DNA of 60,924 nucleotides. Source: Candidatus Woesearchaeota archaeon (GTDB lineage: Archaea > Nanobdellota > Nanobdellia > Pacearchaeales > GW2011-AR1). The notes under the pieces were generated by a model, which saw only the letters and a list, made by a program, of their open reading frames with translations, was not told where the DNA came from and did not search any database. Shown piece by piece: positions 35,809 to 44,215 of this stretch. The stretch lies in NCBI GenBank assembly GCA_964437555.1, contig CAYTHI010000004.1, forward strand, positions 1 through 60,924, read 5' to 3'. The translations under genes and the position numbers were made by a program. The first letter of the stretch is position 1. Each line of letters begins with the position of its first letter.

Positions 35809-36513
35809 TTAAAGCTCTCTTAACTGGAGAATCGTGTTTAGTGAGGCGATTTTCTTGAGATCTTCTGGTATTGACAAGATAACTTTCTTGTTGTCTTCTT
35901 TGAGCTTATCGACGGGAATGCCTTTATTTGTTATTTTTCTTACGTAATCCCGAATAGAGATTTCTGATAGGCCAAGCTTTTCAGATAATAATGCATAATC
36001 AACGACAAACCCTTGTTCTTGAAGCTGATAAATTGTTGAAAATATCAGCATTTCCTTATTGGAAAGCTTCTTGAATTTAATGCGAATTTCTTTCTTAAGC
36101 TCGTCAAGGGAATTAAGGATTTCTGATGCCCTTCGGATACGGGAGATTCTATCTTCTTTCTCTTCTGTTTGATGTGCGTTATAAGTATTTAATGCGAACT
36201 TTACACTGGAAGTGGTGGGGTGTTGGTTGGTTTGTTGGTTTGTTGGTTGGTTTGTTGGAACCCCTTCATTTCCTGTGGAAATAATTAAGTTTGGGCTTTT
36301 TAAGGCGTATAAATGCCTTTTATCTGTTGAGGTTTGTGTTGGGGTGTTGGAATTATTTGTTGGTTGGTTTGTTGGATATACCTGATGTGTTGGGGTTTTA
36401 AGGGAATCTTTTAGCTCATTTAGTTCTTTTCTTACTTCTAATACCTCGCTGATTAGATTATCTATATCTTCTTTTACTTTTGAGAAGGCCTCTTTGATTT
36501 TATCGTCCTGCAT
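35809..36513 (-). CDS. Coiled-coil plus PTNQ-repeat linker plus C-terminal winged-helix DNA-binding protein
   Basis: 234 aa. N-terminal KEAFSKVKEDIDNLISEVLEVRKELNELK, a low-complexity PTNQPTN... linker, and wHTH-like MLIFSTIYQLQEQGFVVDYALLSEKLGLSEISIRDYVRKITNKGI. Same architecture as 34925-35569. Confidence 0.55.
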   Translation of the reverse strand: MQDDKIKEAFSKVKEDIDNLISEVLEVRKELNELKDSLKTPTHQVYPTNQPTNNSNTPTQTSTDKRHLYALKSPNLIISTGNEGVPTNQPTNQQTNQHPTTSSVKFALNTYNAHQTEEKEDRISRIRRASEILNSLDELKKEIRIKFKKLSNKEMLIFSTIYQLQEQGFVVDYALLSEKLGLSEISIRDYVRKITNKGIPVDKLKEDNKKVILSIPEDLKKIASLNTILQLREL

Positions 36514-36576
36514 CTTGTTTCTAGACGCCTTAAGATTATAAAGATTTATATAGATATATTCTAATTTTAAAAGTAT

Positions 36577-36837
36577 ATGGTCTCTTTAAAAGATTATCTT
36601 GGAGAGGAAGGTCTTGCAAATCCTGATAGAGTTCTCGCCTTTTGCAGTTTATGGTATGAAAAATTAGATGAAACTATGGGGTCTGCGGATAGACAGGATT
36701 TCTTATTTAGACAGCGAGATTTATGGCTTTTTGCGAATAAAGGAAAAGCAGAAAAGCTTTTGCAGAAGGTAACTTTATATTGGGCAGCATATTCTGAACA
36801 TAGCCCGATAATTAGAGGTATGCGGGGAGAAATATAG
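36577..36837 (+). CDS. Hypothetical protein (86 aa)
   Basis: ORF divergent from 35809-36513. No motif recognised. Confidence 0.3.
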   Translation: MVSLKDYLGEEGLANPDRVLAFCSLWYEKLDETMGSADRQDFLFRQRDLWLFANKGKAEKLLQKVTLYWAAYSEHSPIIRGMRGEI

Positions 36838-36845
36838 GCTCTTAA

Positions 36846-37124
36846 TTATTTGGACTGGCTTCTTTTGAACACTTCAAAAGCCTCGGAGGAAAGGCGCCAG
36901 CGCTGCCTTCTTGTATAATCTTCGCCTTGGGGGTTTTTGTTAATTTCGGCTATTAAAGACTTTGATTTTAAGTCTATAAGTAATGATTTAATGAACTCCT
37001 CGTCTCTTGCTATTGATTCTGCTATTTTATTCGTAAACGCTGATTGCGGGGATATTTCAAACAAATAATGCAGGATTTGCTCCTGGATTTTGTCTTTCTT
37101 CTTTTGCGAGATGCTTGGCATCAT
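36846..37124 (-). CDS. Small winged-helix-like DNA-binding protein
   Basis: 92 aa. IQEQILHYLFEISPQSAFTNKIAESIARDEEFIKSLLIDLKSKSLI looks like a wHTH (H1-H2-H3-wing) of the kind common in archaeal plasmids and viruses. Assignment by pattern only. Confidence 0.4.
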   Translation of the reverse strand: MMPSISQKKKDKIQEQILHYLFEISPQSAFTNKIAESIARDEEFIKSLLIDLKSKSLIAEINKNPQGEDYTRRQRWRLSSEAFEVFKRSQSK

Positions 37125-37207
37125 TAGAGATAAAATAATAAGTATAAAAGTTATTCGGTGTGGATGTTATGTAATTTATTAGCTAAAAATATTTATATGG
37201 GCTTAAT

Positions 37208-37840
37208 ATGAAAAAGGATATGTTTGGATTGAGAAAAAGATACAGAAGATGGGAGAAAGAGTATGCCCAGTTTGATTCCAATCACTATCCGGGTAAAGCT
37301 CTGACTCCGTTTAAATCAAGAATAGTCAGAAGTGTTGAATCTATAAAGCCATTTGTTGTGCCTGGTTTGGCTTTGTGGGCTATATTGGCTCCGCCAGCGA
37401 CCTATAACATAGGGTCTTTTAGTAATTATCCAAGAGAAATTCATGTCGGAATAACTGACGAATTTTACCTAAACTTTGATGGAATACCTGACGCAATCGT
37501 TGGATTGAATAGTGGGAAGATGATTCCATTTTATGGAGCAAGGGCGACCGGCGGAGTAAATCCGAAACTTAAGCAAATTTATTTGAATAACAATCCTCAT
37601 TCTCCTGAAAGCCGCTTTGCATATGAAGATTTAGTTATCAGAATGCTGAATGGAGATCGCAAGGCAAGCGATGAGCTTCTTAACATTGTTTCATTAGAAA
37701 CGCGTATTGAAATTTTTGAAACTATGTCTGCAAGGTGCGCGGAAATCGGGGAGATAAAAATAGCCGAATATGCTTCTAGAATGACTGATATCTACAAAAG
37801 TATTTTACAGAAACAACAGGGGAAAGAGCAAGACAAATAA
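37208..37840 (+). CDS. Hypothetical protein with one predicted TM helix (210 aa)
   Basis: Long ORF with one hydrophobic segment (PFVVPGLALWAILAPPA). No catalytic motif recognised. Confidence 0.4.
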   Translation: MKKDMFGLRKRYRRWEKEYAQFDSNHYPGKALTPFKSRIVRSVESIKPFVVPGLALWAILAPPATYNIGSFSNYPREIHVGITDEFYLNFDGIPDAIVGLNSGKMIPFYGARATGGVNPKLKQIYLNNNPHSPESRFAYEDLVIRMLNGDRKASDELLNIVSLETRIEIFETMSARCAEIGEIKIAEYASRMTDIYKSILQKQQGKEQDK

Positions 37841-37912
37841 GTTTATCTGAACGGATTTTTATTATAGAGACTAACGGAAAATTTAAATAATACAAAATAC
37901 ATCACTTGTATT

Positions 37913-38218
37913 ATGAAGGACAAATTAACAACTATCAGGATTTCGTCTGAAGTTGATGGCGAAATAGAAAAGCTGGCAAGGATAGAAGATACTGAAAAGT
38001 CCAAGCTTATAAGGGAGCTGATAATTCTTGGGATGAAAGAAAAGAAGCTTGAAGAGGCGCTGAAACTTTATGAAGAAAGAAAAATATCTTTATGGAAAGC
38101 TGCGCGCTTCGCGGGCATTTCTTTATGGAGAATGATGGAAATTGCAGGAAAGAGAAAAGTAGTTCTCCAATATGGGCTGAAAGAATTGAAAGAAGATTTG
38201 AAGGCGCTGGAGGAATAA
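37913..38218 (+). CDS. UPF0175-family HTH antitoxin-like protein
   Basis: KLYEERKISLWKAARFAGISLWRMMEIAGKRKV is the typical UPF0175 core. Sits directly upstream of a DUF3368/PIN gene, a pairing I recall as recurrent. Confidence 0.7.
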   Translation: MKDKLTTIRISSEVDGEIEKLARIEDTEKSKLIRELIILGMKEKKLEEALKLYEERKISLWKAARFAGISLWRMMEIAGKRKVVLQYGLKELKEDLKALEE

Positions 38219-38219
38219 T

Positions 38220-38726
38220 TTGATAGTCTCAAATGCGAGCCCTTTGATATACTTAGCTAAAATCAATAAATTAGAGCTATTAAAAAAGTTGTTTGGAAAG
38301 ATTTTTATCCCGCCTGAAGTTTATCAAGAGGCTGTTGTAAGGGGAAGAGAAGAAAAGTTTTTGGATGCAATTAGGATAGAAAAAGCAATTAAAGATGGCT
38401 GGATAGAAGTAAACAAGACAGAAAAGCTGGCAGAAGAAATAAAAGTATTTGCTGATGAAATTGACGCAGGCGAGCTGGAAACAATTGGCTTAGCAAGAAA
38501 GCTAAAAGCTTCTTTAGTTTTGAGCGACGATGCTCCTGCAAGAGCGATTGCCGAGAGCTTTGGGCTTAATTCCAAGGGAACGATTTATGTTTTACTAAGG
38601 GCTTATAAGGAAAAAATGCTCCCTAAAAAAAATGTTAAAGAGCTGGTAAATGAGCTTTCGTCTTTGGGCTTTAGAATCTCGCAGGAGGTTTATATTGAAT
38701 TTTTAGAGAAATTGGAGAAGGGTTAG
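38220..38726 (+). CDS. PIN-like nuclease domain protein (DUF3368 family), putative toxin
   Basis: The N-terminus SNASPLIYLAKINKLELLKKLFGKIFIPPEVYQE is characteristic of DUF3368. TTG start 2 nt after the upstream stop. 168 aa. Confidence 0.7.
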   Translation: MIVSNASPLIYLAKINKLELLKKLFGKIFIPPEVYQEAVVRGREEKFLDAIRIEKAIKDGWIEVNKTEKLAEEIKVFADEIDAGELETIGLARKLKASLVLSDDAPARAIAESFGLNSKGTIYVLLRAYKEKMLPKKNVKELVNELSSLGFRISQEVYIEFLEKLEKG

Positions 38727-38867
38727 CTTATTGAAACTTGCAAGGCGGTCTTTGTGCGGGTGATTTCAGATTCTGGCATGCCCTTGAGATGGTTTAGCGT
38801 AATTGCTAAGTAACTATTAAGTGGTAAAAACCGAAAGGTTTAAATACTTGCTATTTTTAAGAAAAAC

Positions 38868-39389
38868 ATGGAAACAAGAAACCAGCCAGAAGAAACCCGG
38901 TCAGATAATAAATACAGATATGATTTAGCAAGTGCTGTTGTTGGTGCTGTTGTTGGTGCTGTTGTTGGTGCTGTTGTTGGTGCTGGTGTTGCTGGTGCTG
39001 GTGGTGCTGGTGCTGCTGTTGTTGGTGCTGTTGTTGGTGGTGTTATTGTTGATGCTGTTGGTGCTGTTGTTGGTGCTGGTGCCGAGGAATTAAAACCGCG
39101 CCATGTTAAAATTGGTGGATTAACTGGTTTAGCAACTTCTGCTGCAATTATTGGCGGAGTATATACTGGGCTTCATTATGGAGGAGAAGCCGGATTAATA
39201 CCATTTAAGACTGAAACAGAGACGGGAATCGTAGTTAGTAGAAATAATGGGGAGCAAAAAATTTATATTGAAAAAGATGGCGCTTATATTCCTCTTGATG
39301 AAATTGGGGAGAATGTTTTGAGTTCTACATCAACAGAACATTCGGGTCTTGAATATCGAATTCTTAAATCAATAAAAAAGAAAGAATAA
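38868..39389 (+). CDS. Glycine-zipper (AVVG-repeat) membrane protein with a C-terminal soluble domain
   Basis: 173 aa. Residues about 20-75 are (A/G)VVG repeats (GxxxG periodicity), then a second hydrophobic stretch and a hydrophilic tail. Confidence 0.5.
   Translation: METRNQPEETRSDNKYRYDLASAVVGAVVGAVVGAVVGAGVAGAGGAGAAVVGAVVGGVIVDAVGAVVGAGAEELKPRHVKIGGLTGLATSAAIIGGVYTGLHYGGEAGLIPFKTETETGIVVSRNNGEQKIYIEKDGAYIPLDEIGENVLSSTSTEHSGLEYRILKSIKKKE
38924..39060 (+). repeat. Tandem 12-bp repeat GCTGTTGTTGGT and variants
   Basis: Four perfect head-to-tail copies at 38924-38971, followed by degenerate GCTGGTG/GCTGTTG units. Encodes the AVVG repeats. Confidence 0.85.
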
Positions 39390-39634
39390 ATAATTTGTTT
39401 ATCGGCTTATTGGCAATTTCGCTTAAGCAAGCGATTGTGCTCTTTCATTTGTTTATACTCGGCGCTTAAGCGGAGCGAGAAATCTTTGAGGGCTTAGCTA
39501 TTCTTCTGTTTTTATAATATTTCAATAAAGGGCACGACAAGATTACATTTATTGATTTTCTAGTTAATGCATAGATTTATAATTATTATTCAAAGGATAT
39601 GACTATATTACAAATATAAATATTAGGATGGTTT

Positions 39635-39943
39635 ATGCTAATAATGAATAAGCTTGAGAGAATTTTAGACATTTGGCAAAGGGTCTCCGATAAAAGAATA
39701 AAAGTTGCTGTTGATTTGATGATGCTCAAATATTATTTGGATGCGGAAGATAATAATGTGAAAGCCCTAATAAAAGATTTGAAGAAACAAGTTGGCGTAT
39801 TAATAAGAAGAGAAGATAAATTGGGCTGGATGGCTATTAAGGAAAGAATCTCTGTCGCATACAAGGGGATTTATAGATGCGCTGATGAATCTTTTAGAAG
39901 GCTGGACCCTTACATAAGCGTAATCAGAACATATTTTAATTAG
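39635..39943 (+). CDS. Hypothetical protein (about 100 aa)
   Basis: Helical, charged ORF. No motif recognised. Confidence 0.3.
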   Translation: MLIMNKLERILDIWQRVSDKRIKVAVDLMMLKYYLDAEDNNVKALIKDLKKQVGVLIRREDKLGWMAIKERISVAYKGIYRCADESFRRLDPYISVIRTYFN

Positions 39944-40027
39944 CCAATAAATTTTTAAAGTGGTTTTCTTGGATAGAGATGCGCCAAAATTACTTTTTCT
40001 ATTGATTAGAAGTTTAGCGCATTTCAA

Positions 40028-42631
40028 ATGGCAAAGAAAATAGGCAACCTTGAGTATATTGAAGCGAATACAGAGAAAGAAGTAATTGAAACCCTTCATC
40101 CGCTTGTCGCAGAATGGTTTTTTAATAAGTTTGAAAAATTGAGCCTGACGCAGCTTTATGGAGTTAAGAGGATTTCAGACAGGAAAAATATACTTATTTC
40201 AGCTCCTACCGGAGGAACTAAGACGCTTACTGCTTTCCTTGGCATTCTTAATTATCTTGTCGGGCTTAGCTTAAAAGACGAACTGGAAGAGAAGATTTAT
40301 TGTGTTTATTCTTCTCCCTTGAAGGCGCTTTCTAATGACATTTTTGTGAATCTTGTTAATCCTTTGAAAGAAATAAATGAATTAGCGGACAAGAAAGGCA
40401 TGAAGATGCAGGAAATAAGAGTTGGATTGCGAACAGGAGATACAACTGTCAGCGAGAGGGTTAAGATGGCTCGCAATATTCCGCATATTCTTGTCACAAC
40501 GCCTGAAAGCTTGAGTATTGTTCTTACTTCGCCTAAATTTGTTGAAAACCTGCGGGCTGTTGAGTTTGTTATTGTTGATGAGATACATGCAATGGCAAAT
40601 AAAAGAGGCGTTTATCTGTCTTTGTCTTTGGAAAGATTAAAAGAAGAGAGCTTGATTGAGCCTGTTCGCATTGGCTTGAGCGCTACTGTTGCGCCTCTTG
40701 AAGAGGTCGCAAGGTTTCTTGTTGGTTATGAAGATGGAAAGGAAAGAGAATGTTTGATTGCACAAGTGCCTTTAGTTAAAGAAGTTGAAATAAAGCTTAT
40801 TACGCCTGCGGAAGATATTTTAGAAGCTGAAAATCCTGAAAATCAGAAGAAATTGTATAAGATTTTAGATGAATTGATTGACGAGCATAAAACAACTTTG
40901 ATTTTTACTAATACAAGAGCGGCTACAGAAAGAGTTGTGCATCATCTTGATTTACATTTTCCTGAAAAATATACTGATTTGATTGGAGCGCATCATTCTT
41001 CCATGAGCAAGGAAAAGAGATTTGAGATTGAAGACAAATTGCGTAAGGGTGAATTGAAAGTGGTTGTTTCTTCTACTTCTCTGGAATTGGGAATTGATAT
41101 TGGAAGTGTTGATTTAGTTGTTCTGCTTCGCTCTCCTAAAAGTGTTGCTCGAGCTTTGCAGAGGATTGGAAGGGCAGGGCATATGCTGCATGCAAACCCT
41201 AAAGGAAGATTTGTTGTTTTAGACAGAGATGATTTAGTTGAATGCGGGGTTTTGATGAAAAATATGATTGAGAAGAAGATTGATGAAGTTAGCATTCCAA
41301 GCAATGCTTTAGATGTATTGGCACAGCAGATTTATGGAATGGCAATTTCAAAGATTTGGAAAGCTGAAAACATGTTAAAAGCTATAAGGAGAAGTTATTG
41401 TTATCACAATTTAAAGAAAGAGGATTTTTATGATGTTATTAGTTATTTGGCGGGAGATTATGCTTTAGAGCACAGGAATGTATATGCAAAAATATGGTAT
41501 GATGCTTCTTCAGGAGAAATAGGAAAGAAAGGCAAGCTTGCCCGCGTGATATACATGACAAATATAGGAACAATTCCTGAAGAGGGTTTTATTAATGTTG
41601 AAATTAATTCTCCAAAGGAAAGAAAGGGGCAAAATGTCGGCAAGATTGATGAGGGATTTTTAGAGAGGCTGAAGAGAGGAGATATTTTCGTATTGGGCGG
41701 CCAGAAATACCAGTTTTTATTTACAAGAGGAATGAAAGCGTATGTTATGGCGGGAATTTCCAGGTCGCCTACCGTGCCTTCCTGGTTTTCGGAAATGCTG
41801 CCTTTGAGTTTTGATGTTGCATTGGATATCGCGCGTTTTCGCGGCTTGGTTAAAGAAAGAATGAAGAATAAGGCAGAGTGTGTTGCCTTCATTAAAAGCT
41901 ATTTGTATGTTGATTCTTTGGCTGCGGAAAATATTTATAAGTATTTCGGGGAGCAGGAAAAGTTTTCAGAGATTCCTGATAATTTTAATTTAATTATAGA
42001 AAAATTTAAGCATGATAAAGAGTATTTGTTGTTTCATAGTTTATATGGCCGAAGAGTGAATGATGCGCTTGCCAGAGCTTATGCATATGCGGCTGCTAAT
42101 TTGAGAATGAGAGATATTGAAATGGGAATTAATGATAATGGATTTTTTATTGCCGGCGAAAGCCTGGATGAAAATAAAATATTAAAAGCAATTACTTCCA
42201 GCAATTTGGAAAGCTTATTGAAAGAAGCGATTGAAAAGACAGATGTTTTGAAGAGGCGCTTTAGGCATTGCGCTTCCCGCGGGCTTATGATTCTTAGAAG
42301 CTACAAAGGCAGGACAAAGAGTGTTGGAAAGCAGCAATTGCATTCTCATTTTCTTTTTGCCGCTGTTAAGAAATTATCTGATGAGTTTCCTATTCTTCGC
42401 GAGGCGCGCCGCGAGGTTTTAGAAGATGTTATGGATATTGAGCATGCTAAAGAGATTTTGAAGTGGATTGAATCCGGACGAATTAAAATTAAAGTATTGA
42501 GAACGCCGATGATTTCGCCCTTCGGGCTTAATTTGTATGTGCAGGGACATGCTGATTTCATAAAGATTGAAGATAAACTTAAGTTTCTGAAGAGGATGCA
42601 TGAGTTGCATCTAAAAATCATCGGAGAATGA
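40028..42631 (+). CDS. lhr: Lhr-type (Lhr-core) superfamily-2 DExH helicase
   Basis: Walker A SAPTGGTKT, DExH VDEIH, motif III SAT, motif VI QRIGRAGH. About 400 aa C-terminal extension of the type found in Lhr-core (DEAD-associated domain). 867 aa. Confidence 0.85.
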   Translation: MAKKIGNLEYIEANTEKEVIETLHPLVAEWFFNKFEKLSLTQLYGVKRISDRKNILISAPTGGTKTLTAFLGILNYLVGLSLKDELEEKIYCVYSSPLKALSNDIFVNLVNPLKEINELADKKGMKMQEIRVGLRTGDTTVSERVKMARNIPHILVTTPESLSIVLTSPKFVENLRAVEFVIVDEIHAMANKRGVYLSLSLERLKEESLIEPVRIGLSATVAPLEEVARFLVGYEDGKERECLIAQVPLVKEVEIKLITPAEDILEAENPENQKKLYKILDELIDEHKTTLIFTNTRAATERVVHHLDLHFPEKYTDLIGAHHSSMSKEKRFEIEDKLRKGELKVVVSSTSLELGIDIGSVDLVVLLRSPKSVARALQRIGRAGHMLHANPKGRFVVLDRDDLVECGVLMKNMIEKKIDEVSIPSNALDVLAQQIYGMAISKIWKAENMLKAIRRSYCYHNLKKEDFYDVISYLAGDYALEHRNVYAKIWYDASSGEIGKKGKLARVIYMTNIGTIPEEGFINVEINSPKERKGQNVGKIDEGFLERLKRGDIFVLGGQKYQFLFTRGMKAYVMAGISRSPTVPSWFSEMLPLSFDVALDIARFRGLVKERMKNKAECVAFIKSYLYVDSLAAENIYKYFGEQEKFSEIPDNFNLIIEKFKHDKEYLLFHSLYGRRVNDALARAYAYAAANLRMRDIEMGINDNGFFIAGESLDENKILKAITSSNLESLLKEAIEKTDVLKRRFRHCASRGLMILRSYKGRTKSVGKQQLHSHFLFAAVKKLSDEFPILREARREVLEDVMDIEHAKEILKWIESGRIKIKVLRTPMISPFGLNLYVQGHADFIKIEDKLKFLKRMHELHLKIIGE

Positions 42632-42684
42632 TTTTCAGTCCATTCAAATTCTATAAAAGAAATTGAAGTTATAAAGGTTATTGG
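42587..42684 (+). repeat. 98-bp direct repeat, copy 1 (last 45 nt of lhr plus 53 nt downstream)
   Basis: Base-for-base identical to 44068-44165 by manual alignment. Confidence 0.9.
42614..42635 (+). terminator. Hairpin plus T-run at the lhr 3' end
   Basis: AAAATCAT-CGGAGA-ATGATTTT (8-bp stem) spans the lhr stop codon (42629-42631) and ends in TTTT. Duplicated inside the second 98-bp repeat. Confidence 0.35.
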
Positions 42685-42737
42685 AGAAGAATGATTAAAA
42701 TAATTTAATTTGTTAAACATGTTTCTTCCGAGAAGTT

Positions 42738-43982
42738 TTAATTTTTATTAGATAGTAAAAATTTGTAAAATGGAATTATATTTATTTTGCCGCTATTTTT
42801 TTCTTGATCATATGAAATAACAAACGCTTTTTTTGGCTTAAATTTCTTTATAAAAACATTTAAAGGCTTTAGGTCTTTTTCTTTAATTCCTCCTGATTTA
42901 ATTTCTATTGCGCTTAAAGGAAAAGTTTTTATTATATCAATTTCGTTTTTATAAGCATCCCGCCAGAAAAAATCTGCATTTAGCTGATTTACCAATGCCT
43001 GTTCAAATACTTTGGGAAATTCAGATTCTAATAACAATTGGTTTGTTATAGTGGAATAATATTTTTTAAGCCTCCTTTCTGTCTTTCTTGCATTTCTTGA
43101 ATAATTATAAAGCTTTTTTATTAAAAAAGACTGTTCAAGATATTCCAAGTGTTCTGATAGTGCCTGTCTTGTTATTCCTATATCTTTGGAGAGCCCCTGA
43201 ATTTCAATAATCTGCCCAGGGTTGTGATAGATGATATTAAAAGTTGATTTTATAATCTGCGGGTTTTTTATTCCAAAAACTTCGGCCATGTCCCTGTAAA
43301 TTACTTTATCAATTATTCCCTCCTGAATATACTTTCTCGCAATCTCTTTTTCTTCATTTATTATTTCTGGAAAGCCGTTGGTTATCAGATATCTGGTAAA
43401 TTCCGACTTTATCTGTTTTTCCTGCAAGATATTATTCTCAATTCTAACATTGCGAAACGCTAAAAATTCCCTGAATGAGAGCGGCGTCAGAAGGAATTGG
43501 AATATTCTTCCAGCCAAACTCTCCCTTGATTTCTTGCGGATAAACAAAGACTCAGAGCCAGAGATAATGAATTTTATGTTTGGATATAAATCGTAGATTG
43601 ACTTAAGCTGCTCCGCCCAGTTTTTTACTTTCTGAATTTCATCAAGGGCAATGAGATATTTTCCAGAACTTATGTTGATATTGAATAATTTTTCGTAGAT
43701 TTCTATCACCCTTCTTATGCGAACTTCGGCAAATTCGTCAAAAGAAAAGTACAATATCCTGTCTTTCTGAAACGTGGCATCAAGATAGTCCTTGATGATC
43801 TTGAATATGGCAGTAGTTTTTCCAACTCTCCTTAGGCCAGTTAATGCTATTATCTGCTTGGTTTTCATGAATTTTTTAAGCTGTTTATCGATTTCTCTTT
43901 CTTTGTATCCCAAAAGGTCGAAGCTTCCAAGCCACCACTTATTCAGCTCTTGCATGTATTGCACAATTGTTTTTTCGTCCAT
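42738..43982 (-). CDS. AAA+ ATPase of the COG1373 type (AAA_14 plus DUF4143)
   Basis: Walker A LTGLRRVGKTT, Walker B LIALDEIQ. 414 aa. The C-terminal half has the wHTH/DUF4143-like layout typical of COG1373. Confidence 0.75.
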   Translation of the reverse strand: MDEKTIVQYMQELNKWWLGSFDLLGYKEREIDKQLKKFMKTKQIIALTGLRRVGKTTAIFKIIKDYLDATFQKDRILYFSFDEFAEVRIRRVIEIYEKLFNINISSGKYLIALDEIQKVKNWAEQLKSIYDLYPNIKFIISGSESLFIRKKSRESLAGRIFQFLLTPLSFREFLAFRNVRIENNILQEKQIKSEFTRYLITNGFPEIINEEKEIARKYIQEGIIDKVIYRDMAEVFGIKNPQIIKSTFNIIYHNPGQIIEIQGLSKDIGITRQALSEHLEYLEQSFLIKKLYNYSRNARKTERRLKKYYSTITNQLLLESEFPKVFEQALVNQLNADFFWRDAYKNEIDIIKTFPLSAIEIKSGGIKEKDLKPLNVFIKKFKPKKAFVISYDQEKNSGKINIIPFYKFLLSNKN

Positions 43983-44067
43983 TTTGTATGACTTGTTTTT
44001 ATAACATACTTTCTATTATGTGTTATTAATAAATAACACACTTTATAAATGCTTCTTTTCTGTGCTC

Positions 44068-44165
44068 CTGAAGAGGATGCATGAGTTGCATCTAAAAATC
44101 ATCGGAGAATGATTTTCAGTCCATTCAAATTCTATAAAAGAAATTGAAGTTATAAAGGTTATTGG
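44068..44165 (+). repeat. 98-bp direct repeat, copy 2
   Basis: Identical to 42587-42684. Here it is not attached to any helicase ORF. Confidence 0.9.
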
Positions 44166-44215
44166 GGAGTAGGTGATAAAGAAAGATTTAAAAATTAGAG
44201 GGTTGTTAGGTGGGT

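Larger units (their letters stand above)
42587..44165. mobile_element. Candidate inserted single-gene cassette (AAA+ ATPase) bounded by 98-bp direct repeats
   Basis: Perfect direct repeats flank 1383 bp (42685-44067) carrying one gene on the strand opposite its neighbours. Copy 1 completes lhr, as in att-site integrations that regenerate a target gene end. No recombinase inside. Confidence 0.45.

Noticed and set aside
39393-39500. Imperfect tandem duplication of about 50 bp (ATTTGTTTAT ... CGCTTAAGC hairpin, twice) downstream of the glycine-zipper gene as a MITE or att site
   Set aside because: The two units are only partly similar, and each contains a short GC hairpin (TCGCTT-AAGC-AAGCGA; the palindrome CGCTTAAGCG). 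Paired terminator-like structures are the simpler explanation. I found no terminal inverted repeats or target duplication.
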